Part shown: piece after piece, positions 29,791 through 38,652 of the stretch
How the letters are laid out: each line of letters starts with the position of its first letter
Position numbering within the stretch: position 1 is the stretch's first letter
Assembly: GCA_024405635.1 (NCBI GenBank)
Contig: JAKSOL010000006.1
Span: 65,250 to 129,249 of the forward strand
From: Salinivirgaceae bacterium
Lineage (GTDB): Bacteria > Bacteroidota > Bacteroidia > Bacteroidales > SZUA-534
Reading direction: 5' to 3'
DNA length: 64,000 nt
The notes under the pieces: model-generated
The model's input: only the letters and a program-made list of their open reading frames with translations
Databases searched by the model: none
Told to the model about the DNA's origin: nothing
Program-made: the position numbers and the translations under genes

Positions 29791-30837
29791 ATGACGTTTA
29801 AGCTAAACGATACACTGATTGATACCGAAAACTTTTCGGCAGAAAATGTACGGCAAGCTTTGGGCAACACCGAAGGAAACAACGAAATTGTTGACTTTTT
29901 AGAACGTTGGTGCAACAAAAGTGCAACCATAACACTTAAAACATCGGGCTCAACGGGAACGCCAAAGGTAATTGAGGCTCAAAAAACGCACATGCTAGCA
30001 TCTGCAAAACGCACTTGCAGTTTCTTTGGTTTAGAACCAAAATCGATTATGCTACTATGCTTGCCTGCTACTTACATAGCTGGACAAATGATGATTGTGC
30101 GCGCAATGGTTTCGGGCGCCAATTTGCTTGTAGTTTCACCTCGCGGAAACATTGTTGATCAAATAAATCAACCCATTGATTTTGCTGCAATGGTGCCAAA
30201 TCAAGTGCTAAAAAACTTGACTTCAGCACAAAAATTCAACCAAATAAAAACATTAATAATTGGTGGTGGTAAAGTAGGGTATAACATTGTAAATCAGCTA
30301 TCTGAAATAACCACAACTTGCTACGAAACTTTCGGAATGACCGAAACGCTATCGCACATTGCGGTGCGAAAAATTTGGCCAAATGTTCAGCCTAATTTTG
30401 TAGCCTTTGATGGAGTTTTGGTTTCGGCAACAAACAACAACAATCTCGTCATTTCCGATAACAGTTTGAACATCAGCCAAATGCAAACAAACGACATTGT
30501 GCGAATAATATCCGCAACCGAATTTGAATGGCTTGGTCGCACCGATTTTGTAATAAACAGCGGAGGCATAAAAACATCGCCCGAAAGCATTGAACAAATA
30601 CTTGAACCGTTGATTGGCAAGCAGTTATGTATCACATCAAAGCCCGATGAAAAACTGGGTAACCGCATTGTGCTTGTGGTTGAAGGTGAAAAAACCAACA
30701 TTACCACACAACTCAACATATTGGAACAAAAAGTAAGTCGCTACAGCGTGCCAAAAGAAGTTATTTGGATTAACCAACTACCTCGCAATAAAAACGGCAA
30801 ACTCGACCGCTTAGCTTTGAGCGATATGATAAAATAA
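29791..30837 (+). CDS. menE: O-succinylbenzoate-CoA ligase
   Basis: TSGSTGTPK, FGMTET, GRTDFVINSGG; located in the men cluster; ATG 29791. Confidence 0.85.
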   Translation: MTFKLNDTLIDTENFSAENVRQALGNTEGNNEIVDFLERWCNKSATITLKTSGSTGTPKVIEAQKTHMLASAKRTCSFFGLEPKSIMLLCLPATYIAGQMMIVRAMVSGANLLVVSPRGNIVDQINQPIDFAAMVPNQVLKNLTSAQKFNQIKTLIIGGGKVGYNIVNQLSEITTTCYETFGMTETLSHIAVRKIWPNVQPNFVAFDGVLVSATNNNNLVISDNSLNISQMQTNDIVRIISATEFEWLGRTDFVINSGGIKTSPESIEQILEPLIGKQLCITSKPDEKLGNRIVLVVEGEKTNITTQLNILEQKVSRYSVPKEVIWINQLPRNKNGKLDRLALSDMIK

Positions 30838-30886
30838 GTTGCTCACGCAAGCCAAAAAAAAACTATATTAGGAAAAAAATAATACT

Positions 30887-32359
30887 ATGGAACGCTCAGT
30901 TGTAATATTCAACCATCCGCTCATTCATCATAAACTATCGGTATTACGCAGCACCAAAACAGACTCAAAGCAATTTCGTGAACTGATTACTGAAATTGCA
31001 GCGCTAATGATGTTTGACGCAACCAAAAACTTGCCACTTGAAAATGTTAACGTTGAAACACCATGCGGAACAGCACACTGCAAACAAATTGCAGGCAAAA
31101 AGCTGGTGTTTGTGCCCATTTTGCGAGCAGGTTTAGGCATGGTTGAAGGCGCTTTGCAAGTTGTACCAACCGCACGTGTTGGACACATTGGATTGAGCCG
31201 CGACGAGCAAACCCTATTGCCCGTTGAATATTACTGCAAATTGCCCCAAGATATTGACCAACGCGATGTGTTTGTGCTCGACCCCATGCTAGCAACTGGA
31301 GGTTCGGCCATTGACGCTATTGGCCAAATTAAAAAACGCAATCCTCGCAGCATAAAATTCCTTTGCATAATAGCGGCTCCCGAAGGTCTTGAGGCTTTGA
31401 AAAATGCGCACCCCGATGTCGATATTTTCTGTGCTGGACTCGATGACCATTTGAACGAACACGGATACATTGTTCCTGGTCTTGGCGATGCTGGCGACCG
31501 CACCTTTGGAACTGTAGTAAAAGAATCGAAACAAGAGAGTAAAAAATCGTTGTGTACTGATGCTGGCGAACGCACCTTTGGAACTGTAGTAAAAGAAACG
31601 AAACAAAAGAGTAAAAAATCGTTGTGGATTTTTGCAAGCATAGCTGTATTGTTGTGTGCAGCGGTATTCTTATGCAAACCAACTTACCACTACTGGAAAA
31701 AACATTTTCAAAGGAAAAACCATATTGGAATAGTCTCAAAGAACAATAATTCAAAAAACAACGGAAATTTCAACGGCATTGATGTGTCACATTATCAAGG
31801 TAACATTGACTGGAAATTAGTTTCACAAAACCCTAATATTCAATATGTGTATATTAAGGCAACCGAGGGTTCTACTAAGGTTGATCATAAATACAAGAAA
31901 AACAATAGAGAGGCTCGTGAAATGGGCATGAAAGTAGGTGCCTACCATTTCTTTACAACAACAAGTAGCGCAAGAAAACAAGCAGAAAATTTCATTTCAA
32001 ACGCACCTGTTAAAGATCAAGACCTTATCCCTATGATTGATTTTGAAAACAACAGAGGTAAATGGAGCAAAAAACAAATACGTGATAGCTTAAACGTATT
32101 TATCGATATAATTAAAAAGCACTATGGAAAAGACCCTATTTTTTATAGTGTGAATTCTCACTTCAACAAGTATTTGGCGCAAGATTTTAACACATATCAT
32201 TCAATGATAGGCAGATATAATAAAGGAAAACAACCTCCGACTGCAAATTATTCTATTTGGCAATATTCCGACCGTGGAAGAATAAATGGCATTCCAAAAT
32301 TTGTGGACTTGTCAAGATTTCACCCAAAATACAATATTGATATACTTCTCTTGAACTAA
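30887..32359 (+). CDS. upp: Uracil phosphoribosyltransferase fused via a TM helix to a GH25 muramidase
   Basis: N-part: [31 protein letters not shown]; [19 protein letters not shown]; C-part: [41 protein letters not shown]; no in-frame stop between them. Confidence 0.88.
   Translation: MERSVVIFNHPLIHHKLSVLRSTKTDSKQFRELITEIAALMMFDATKNLPLENVNVETPCGTAHCKQIAGKKLVFVPILRAGLGMVEGALQVVPTARVGHIGLSRDEQTLLPVEYYCKLPQDIDQRDVFVLDPMLATGGSAIDAIGQIKKRNPRSIKFLCIIAAPEGLEALKNAHPDVDIFCAGLDDHLNEHGYIVPGLGDAGDRTFGTVVKESKQESKKSLCTDAGERTFGTVVKETKQKSKKSLWIFASIAVLLCAAVFLCKPTYHYWKKHFQRKNHIGIVSKNNNSKNNGNFNGIDVSHYQGNIDWKLVSQNPNIQYVYIKATEGSTKVDHKYKKNNREAREMGMKVGAYHFFTTTSSARKQAENFISNAPVKDQDLIPMIDFENNRGKWSKKQIRDSLNVFIDIIKKHYGKDPIFYSVNSHFNKYLAQDFNTYHSMIGRYNKGKQPPTANYSIWQYSDRGRINGIPKFVDLSRFHPKYNIDILLLN
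31487..31626 (+). repeat. Tandem duplication, period 72 bp (68-bp copies at 31487-31554 and 31559-31626)
   Basis: GATGCTGGCGA(C/A)CGCACCTTTGGAACTGTAGTAAAAGAA(T/A)CGAAACAA(G/A)AGAGTAAAAAATCGTTGTG; 3 mismatches. Confidence 0.95.
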
Positions 32360-32904
32360 TTACTCTTTTTCGGAACTTCGCTTGCAAGATATTCTGTATA
32401 ATAAACGTGTTCTTTGTAGAAAACTTTTTCGTGTTCAATAAATGAACTTTCTTCGTCTTTACTCTTAAAGGTTATGCCTACCTTGCATTTGCCTATTTTA
32501 CCTATAAAATTCTTTGATTTAGCATTATGGTCGGAAATTCTTATCCTGTAACTGCCGTTAAGTTCGTCAACAGCATAATGCGAATTATTTTTTGAAGTTT
32601 CTAATGGTGGTAATTTGCTTAAAACATATAGTATAAACACTAAATGGTCTGCTATTGGTTCTTTTTCCCAATTTGCAATTTTGCGCTCGAAAATTTTTAT
32701 TGTTTTATTTATATTTTCTATATTTGCAGTCAACTCTCCCAGCGATGTTGCAGTAGTTGAAATATGACGAAATGCCCTCGCTGCCTTTGATAAAACGCCA
32801 CTTAATTGCGTTGCTGTCGGTAGGACGGAAGTCCGAGATAGGGAGTTTTTAGAAATAATTATTTCTAAATCAAAGCCGTTAGTTCCTTTACTTTCGGCTT
32901 TTTT
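32356..32904 (-). pseudogene. Hypothetical reading frame (RISDHNA-motif domain), in-frame continuation of 32905..33174 after a single TAA
   Basis: By manual translation the frame is open from 32904 to stop 32356; the only start is TTG 32733; AT-rich. Confidence 0.5.
32719..32726 (+). promoter_or_regulatory. Bacteroidetes -7 promoter element, antisense within the hypothetical frame
   Basis: TATATTTG followed by CA, with an AT-rich upstream region. Confidence 0.6.
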
Positions 32905-32906
32905 TT
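32731..32906 (+). ncRNA. Candidate structured RNA (core about 32732-32847), antisense to the split hypothetical gene
   Basis: Follows the TAnnTTTG box; closing stem AACUCUC/GGGAGUU, stems CAGCGA/UCGCUG, AACGC/GCGUU, GGAC-GGAA-GUCC; ends in hairpin AAAGCCG/CGGCUUU + U-run. Confidence 0.5.
32872..32906 (+). terminator. Intrinsic terminator on the + strand
   Basis: AAAGCCG...CGGC followed by TTTTTTTT. Confidence 0.65.
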
Positions 32907-33174
32907 ATGCTGCTATGCTGCTAAATGCACGTTCAATAATTGTATTGTAGTCGGTTATATTTTCGTCGTAGTACCATTTGTTGATTGTTACAAAATTTGG
33001 TAGTCCGTTTGGTGTAGTCCAAATAAACTCTACCGCACTTTCGGCTTTACTTTTTATTGCTTTGTATAGGCTTTTGCGTTGGTCGCCTGTGTAGTTTTGG
33101 TAGGCTAACCAACTTTTTATTGATTCTTTGTAAGCATCAATATAGCCTTGTGATTTGTTTTCAATCTTATTCAT
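32905..33174 (-). CDS. Hypothetical protein, 89 aa
   Basis: ATG overlaps the end of the MFS gene; AT-rich; no recognised motif. Confidence 0.5.
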   Translation of the reverse strand: MNKIENKSQGYIDAYKESIKSWLAYQNYTGDQRKSLYKAIKSKAESAVEFIWTTPNGLPNFVTINKWYYDENITDYNTIIERAFSSIAA

Positions 33175-34396
33175 AAACTTTCATACCCATTCCCTTGTAT
33201 TTTGTGCCCATAAGCCACAAAAAGCAACCTGCCGAAATGGTAATCAACGTTAGCATAAAACAGCACCAACCTCCAGTTGAAAGCAACGAGCCGGTTGACG
33301 TGCCAAGTATCGACGACCCCAAATAATAGAATAACCAATACAGCGAAGTGGCTGAACTGCGTCCTTCTCCTGCATTTTGCGACACCGTGCGACTAGCCAT
33401 TGCATGTGTTGCAAAAAAGTTGAAAGTAAACACACACAAACCTAAAACAAGCAACCATAGTTGTTGGCTCAACATCATTAGCTGACCAATAATGCTGCCA
33501 GCAACAAAATAACGTATAAGCACACGGGTACTATGTTTGTCAGACAATCGGCCTGCATAAAGTGACCCCAAAATGCCCAAAATGTACATAAAGAAAATGC
33601 TGGCAATAATGGTATGCGGCAACGAATAGGGCGGCGCCTCTAAATGAAAACCAGTGTAGTTGTAAATGCTCACAAATCCTCCCATAAGCAAAAACGCACA
33701 CAAGTACATTTGAATCATCAACGGAGTGCGCAAATAACCACGCATCTGTTTAAATTTTGTGCCGATGCTGAATTTGCTAGGCGTAAAGTGTTGCGAACTT
33801 GGAAAAATGCGATAAAACACAATTGCAATGCTAAACGTAATTAAACCAACAACAAACAATGTAGCTCGCCAACCTATTAACCCCGAAAGAAAAGCTGACA
33901 CAATTCGGCCCGACATGCCACCAACTGCGTTGCCCGACAAGTAAAGACTTATTGCCAATCCAATTATCTTTTCGTCAACCTCTTCGTTAAGGTAAGTTAA
34001 AGCCACTGCCGAAACGCCCGACAAAAGCGCTCCACGAACAAAACTCACAGCCGACAAGGTTGCAAACCATGGCACGAATGCCGAAATAAGCGTTAAAATC
34101 GACGAACTGAACAACGCAAAAGTCATCAACTTTTTCCGCGACCAACTATCGGCTTTTAACGAAAAGAAAAACAAACCAAAAGCCATTCCTGCTGTTGCCA
34201 TCGATACCGACCAACTACTTGTAGCTGGTGCAATTCCAAAATCTTTGCACAAATGCGGCAACATTGGCTGAAAAATATATAGTTGCGCAAAGACTGCCAA
34301 TCCTGTCAAAAAAATACCGCGCTTTATTCTTGCAAAGCGCAAACTGCCTTTTTGTGCTTTGGGTTTATTGTGCTGAATATGTTGTTGTAAATGCAT
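33167..34396 (-). CDS. MFS transporter (YnfM/YybF-like)
   Basis: FAQLY..QP.LP, AD.W.RK, YL.EEV, YLSGN..GGM.GR, SLY..FYY.GSS. Confidence 0.9.
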   Translation of the reverse strand: MHLQQHIQHNKPKAQKGSLRFARIKRGIFLTGLAVFAQLYIFQPMLPHLCKDFGIAPATSSWSVSMATAGMAFGLFFFSLKADSWSRKKLMTFALFSSSILTLISAFVPWFATLSAVSFVRGALLSGVSAVALTYLNEEVDEKIIGLAISLYLSGNAVGGMSGRIVSAFLSGLIGWRATLFVVGLITFSIAIVFYRIFPSSQHFTPSKFSIGTKFKQMRGYLRTPLMIQMYLCAFLLMGGFVSIYNYTGFHLEAPPYSLPHTIIASIFFMYILGILGSLYAGRLSDKHSTRVLIRYFVAGSIIGQLMMLSQQLWLLVLGLCVFTFNFFATHAMASRTVSQNAGEGRSSATSLYWLFYYLGSSILGTSTGSLLSTGGWCCFMLTLITISAGCFLWLMGTKYKGMGMKVYE

Positions 34397-34418
34397 TGTA
34401 GATACTTGTTTTTGCCCA

Positions 34419-34426
34419 CAAAAGTA
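34419..34426 (-). promoter_or_regulatory. Bacteroidetes -7 promoter element for the MFS gene
   Basis: TACTTTTG on the minus strand. Confidence 0.55.
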
Positions 34427-34593
34427 CGTTTACACCTAACATTGAAAAGCAAATAAGTTGCACAATTATGAACAAAATAACTTCGCCCAAAAAACTGTAA
34501 GTTTATAGGTAAAAAAGGGTAGTTATTGGATTAAAATTCAGCAGAAAAAAAAATTTTTAAAAAATATTTCAAAAAAGATGTAACCCTAATGCT

Positions 34594-34711
34594 TACTTTT
34601 GCGTTATAAGGACCAGAAAACAGAAAATGATTGTTGTTTTTCATAAGGTTTTTAGGTTGGTTAATTGGGTTATAGGTCTCCAAACGAAAGTGCGGAGGCC
34701 TTCTCTTTTTT
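34594..34711 (+). ncRNA. Candidate intergenic sRNA of about 105 nt with its own promoter and terminator
   Basis: TACTTTTG at 34594-34601; U/G-rich body containing GUUUUUCAUAAGGUUUUUAGGUUGGUUAA; hairpin AGGUCUCC/GGAGGCCU with a GAAA loop + U-run at 34674-34711. Confidence 0.6.
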
Positions 34712-34767
34712 ATACGACCCAAGTTTTTTTCTGTTAACTACAACTAACAACCTTATTTAGGTTAAAA

Positions 34768-35184
34768 TCAACCATTTAGATTGGCTAAAGTTTGCTTAAT
34801 AATTGGGAGGCACTCTTGTGCGGTTTGACAACCAATGCAAGCTGTTTCAATAGGGCAAAGTCCGTTTTTTGCTCGGTTTTGAATAGATGGAACTAAGTTG
34901 TCGAAGGTTAATTGAACCGAATAGTTTAATAACAAATCAACAGCAGGTTGACTTATTGTTATTGCATGCAGTTGCTTTACTTTACCAATAACCATTAAAG
35001 CGGCTGCACCTTTGCCCACAACTTTGTCGGCTATTTGCGCGCCCACAAGAATATCAGGTTGATTTTCAAGCAAATGCAGCAAATCTTTAACTCCACGTTG
35101 CGTATATTGGCTAATTTGAGCTTGTTGATTACGAATTACCAACGAGCAGCCGCTTTCAATCAGTATTTGTTTAAGTTGTTGCAT
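34768..35184 (-). CDS. DUF1893-like protein
   Basis: RGVKDL, ADKVVGKGAAAL, IQNR...CPIE. Confidence 0.8.
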   Translation of the reverse strand: MQQLKQILIESGCSLVIRNQQAQISQYTQRGVKDLLHLLENQPDILVGAQIADKVVGKGAAALMVIGKVKQLHAITISQPAVDLLLNYSVQLTFDNLVPSIQNRAKNGLCPIETACIGCQTAQECLPIIKQTLANLNG

Positions 35185-35250
35185 AATAAAAGTGAATACT
35201 AACAATGGTTGCAATTTTAAATGTTTTAGTTTTTCTGCAAATACGTTTAT

Positions 35251-35288
35251 AAAAAAAGCGCCAATGCAAAATAAGCAAAGGCGCTTTT
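35251..35288 (-). terminator. Intrinsic terminator of the GH43 gene
   Basis: AAAAGCGCC/GGCGCTTTT stem. Confidence 0.7.
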
Positions 35289-35307
35289 GAAACGTTAGGC
35301 TAATAAT

Positions 35308-36915
35308 TTACTTGTCAAGTACTTTAAATATAAAATCGTACAACTCGCAAATTGATGTGTTCGATTTTGAACTAAACACAATGAAAAAAGCTTGTTTGCC
35401 AGTCACTTTGCTAGTATTTAGCAAGGCGGTGAGTTCGGTTTCGACTTGTGGCATATCGGCTTTTAGTTGCATTTTACCAATCTCCATTCCTCCTCGACTT
35501 TTCCATGGACTACCAACCATAAAAGTTAACTCGCCATCAACACCTTGAGGCATCAATCGCACTTTTAGTTCAGTCTTTTTGGCCGAATTCAGTTTAGCAA
35601 AGTTGAAATATTTGTATCCAACAATTGACCCGTTAGTGTTATTTACCACAGGCGAATAAACTGTTTTGTGAGCCATTGGGGCTTGATATGACGATGCATC
35701 AAAATAAACTGGTTTAATGTACGAGCCCGCGTAAACATAGTTAGGATAAACCTCTTTTGCTCCATCGGGATGTGTATGCCAGCAAGCCAAACCTGCCCAT
35801 TGTCGAATAGTAGGATCGAGTCCTGCTGTTGCAAAACCTTGAGAGTTGTATTCGCCCTCGCTTATGGTTACTTTGCCGCCTTTACCTTTTTCAACCTTTA
35901 CACTGATTGGCGCTACCATAGCTTGGCGTGCATAGCAGTCGGTGCCAATTTGGCGATGGTAAAAAACCCACCATTGGTTGCCAATTTTACAAATACTGCC
36001 ATGTGTATTTCCGCCTGGCATAGCAGTTACAATAACATTTCCATTTTCGTCAGTTTCGCGTGCGCGGCAGTCGATAATTGTTCCACCATAGGTAAATGGG
36101 CCCATTGGATTGTCGCTATATGCGTAGGCTAGAGTATAGTTGCATTTGTTTGGCAAACCAAATTCACCGGGTTCGGTGTAACGGCTGTAAATGAACACGT
36201 ATTTGTCTTCGATTTTGCGGATTGACGAAGCCTCAAAAAAACGGGAAATGCCCTCTTGTTCGTGGCCGTTTACCATGTCTTCAACAACACTTGTTCCAGC
36301 CTTAACGGTACACATTGTGGCAGGATCAAGCTCTGCAGCATACGAGCGATTAAATCCCCAGTAACCGTAAACTCGGCCATCGTCGTCAATAAGCACAGCA
36401 GGGTCAAAACCCAATGTGCCGTAACATTTAAACTTATCGTTTTCGTCCCAGTTGCAAACCTCAAATGGGCCATCGGGACGCGCTGATTTGGCTATCATTG
36501 AATTTCGGCCACCTCCTTGATTGTTTGGATACAAATAGTAAGTCTTTACACCATTAGCATCAATGGCTTCGGTAACATCAGGAGCATAAAGAATGTCGGC
36601 CTCGCCATTAGCATTAAGTTGCTGTCCATCAACGGTTTTATCAACCTTAAAAATTAAACCATCGTAACGCCAGTTGCTCAAATCGTCAACAGGAGCCGAC
36701 CACACCACTTGGTCGCGACCACAGTACAAGTTTTTAAGCATGTCGTGCGATCCGTAAACATAAACTCGGTATTTGCCAGGACAATCAGGATCTTCAAATA
36801 CATAAGGTTCGCCATCGGGTATAAACTCCCACAAAGGCAAATAAGGATTCTGAGCCGATGCAGTAATAACACACGCAACCGCAATGGCCAAAAAGGTAAA
36901 GAGTCGTTTTTTCAT
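35308..36915 (-). CDS. Secreted glycoside hydrolase family 43 with C-terminal CBM6-like module
   Basis: NPYLPLWEFIPDGEP, YGSHD, LYAPD, FDPAV, FFEASS, GNTHG. Confidence 0.85.
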   Translation of the reverse strand: MKKRLFTFLAIAVACVITASAQNPYLPLWEFIPDGEPYVFEDPDCPGKYRVYVYGSHDMLKNLYCGRDQVVWSAPVDDLSNWRYDGLIFKVDKTVDGQQLNANGEADILYAPDVTEAIDANGVKTYYLYPNNQGGGRNSMIAKSARPDGPFEVCNWDENDKFKCYGTLGFDPAVLIDDDGRVYGYWGFNRSYAAELDPATMCTVKAGTSVVEDMVNGHEQEGISRFFEASSIRKIEDKYVFIYSRYTEPGEFGLPNKCNYTLAYAYSDNPMGPFTYGGTIIDCRARETDENGNVIVTAMPGGNTHGSICKIGNQWWVFYHRQIGTDCYARQAMVAPISVKVEKGKGGKVTISEGEYNSQGFATAGLDPTIRQWAGLACWHTHPDGAKEVYPNYVYAGSYIKPVYFDASSYQAPMAHKTVYSPVVNNTNGSIVGYKYFNFAKLNSAKKTELKVRLMPQGVDGELTFMVGSPWKSRGGMEIGKMQLKADMPQVETELTALLNTSKVTGKQAFFIVFSSKSNTSICELYDFIFKVLDK

Positions 36916-37022
36916 TGTATGATTTTGTTTGAATTAAATTTTTGTGGCTCTAAACTATATTTTTTCTTTGCAATTGCGTTTGTCGCACAATAAAGTTTTA
37001 CGAAATACTAAAAATATTGAAT

Positions 37023-37535
37023 ATGAAAGAGCTTACTGTTGAACAACTCAACGACAATGTATTTGAAACAATTGGCAAAGAATGGATGATTGTTACCGCA
37101 GGTACAATTAACAAATACAACAACATGACAGCCTCGTGGGGCGGTTTGGGTTGGCTTTGGAACAAACCAGTTGCGTTTATCTTTATTCGCCCCGAACGCC
37201 ACACAATTGGGTTTATTGAAGAAGCAAACTCTTTAACGCTAAGTTTTTTAGGCAATAGCAAGCAGGCTCGCGACATATACAATTTGCTTGGTTCAAAATC
37301 AGGTCGTGATATTGATAAAATGCACATTGAAGGACTATCACCAATTGCAACCGAAAATAATAGTGTGGCTTATGCCGAAGCTCGATTAACATTAAACTGC
37401 CGCAAATTATTTGTTACCGACATGAACGAATCAAACTTTATTGACAAAAGTCTTGTTGATCGTTGGTATGGCCCTAACAATGGATACCATCGTATCTACG
37501 TGGTTGAAATTGAGAAAATTACAGCAAACGACTAA
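37023..37535 (+). CDS. Flavin reductase-like protein
   Basis: NMTASWGGLG.LWNKPV..FIRPER.T, GSKSGRDIDK. Confidence 0.88.
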   Translation: MKELTVEQLNDNVFETIGKEWMIVTAGTINKYNNMTASWGGLGWLWNKPVAFIFIRPERHTIGFIEEANSLTLSFLGNSKQARDIYNLLGSKSGRDIDKMHIEGLSPIATENNSVAYAEARLTLNCRKLFVTDMNESNFIDKSLVDRWYGPNNGYHRIYVVEIEKITAND

Positions 37536-37565
37536 CTACATGTATAATTAAGAGTTAAAAGCATA

Positions 37566-38381
37566 TTGGTAAGAATAAGTGTAATAGTAGAAAACAATAG
37601 CACAAAGCCCAACATTATTGCTGAGCATGGTCTTAGTTTGTATATTGAGGCTTGTGGGCATCAATTTTTCTTTGACTTAGGACAAGGCCATTTATTTGCT
37701 CAAAACGCAGTATCAATGGGCATAAATGTTGCCGATGCTGAATTTGCAATAGTGTCGCATGGACACTACGACCATGGAGGAGGCATTGCTAACTTTATGC
37801 AACTTAACAAAACAGCCAAGGTTTATCTGCACAGCGACGGCTTTGGCATGCATTACTCGCTGAAAGACAACAACTTTTATAAATATATTGGGCTTGACCA
37901 AACACTAGTTAACCACAAAAGAATAGAGTTAACAAATGGTGTGTTGCAATTAGCAAACGGACTAACACTTTTTAGCGGAATCCAAAATAACAATTGCATA
38001 TCGCCAGCCAATAACCTGATATTTAAAAAGGTAGGAGAGTGTTACATAAACGACAACTTTACTCACGAGCAAAGCCTAATTATTTCAGACGGTAACAACA
38101 CAATTTTGCTAGCAGGTTGCGCCCATTCAGGCATACTGAACATTATAAACAAAGCTCAGCAAATTACACAAAGGCAAATCACACACGTACTTTCAGGGTT
38201 TCACATTAAAGGTGTTGATAATAAAGAGTTTATAAGCAAAATGGCCAATCAACTTTTGCAAATAAATTGCAAATACTACACATGCCATTGTACAGGCAAC
38301 GAACAATATGCCCAATTAAAAGCCATAATGGGAAACCGCATTGAATATGCAACAGCAGGAACAGTGATAGAGATTGAATGA
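37566..38381 (+). CDS. MBL-fold metallo-hydrolase
   Basis: EHGLS, SHGHYDHGGG, GCAHSG, GFH, CHCTG; TTG start. Confidence 0.88.
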   Translation: MVRISVIVENNSTKPNIIAEHGLSLYIEACGHQFFFDLGQGHLFAQNAVSMGINVADAEFAIVSHGHYDHGGGIANFMQLNKTAKVYLHSDGFGMHYSLKDNNFYKYIGLDQTLVNHKRIELTNGVLQLANGLTLFSGIQNNNCISPANNLIFKKVGECYINDNFTHEQSLIISDGNNTILLAGCAHSGILNIINKAQQITQRQITHVLSGFHIKGVDNKEFISKMANQLLQINCKYYTCHCTGNEQYAQLKAIMGNRIEYATAGTVIEIE

Positions 38382-38566
38382 TGCAAACTGTTCAATTATT
38401 CACAATTTGATGCATATATTCATATTTTTCTGCAAAAATATACAAAAAATATGCAAAAAGTATCAATTAAAAAAAGCGCAAAAATCAGTTAAGCAGTGAA
38501 TTTTAATAAGGAAAAATTAACATCTCAAGGCAAAAAAATTGATACACAAAATGTGCATTTTATTAT

Positions 38567-38574
38567 TACCTTTG
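38567..38574 (+). promoter_or_regulatory. Bacteroidetes -7 promoter element for acn-icd-gltA
   Basis: TACCTTTG followed by CG. Confidence 0.65.
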
Positions 38575-38652
38575 CGAAAAAGATAAGATAGGGTTACAAA
38601 TTCAGCTAACACCTTGAAATTGAATAAAAATAACAAACTAAATAAACACCAA

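Noticed and set aside
26906-30837. men cluster lacking menF/menD/menH
   Set aside because: These genes can lie elsewhere; absence from one window is uninformative
32753-32775. GACGAAA suggested a hammerhead ribozyme
   Set aside because: No CUGAnGA core at the required position
31627-33174. Prophage around the GH25 lysin
   Set aside because: No holin, structural or integrase genes; at most a small foreign fragment
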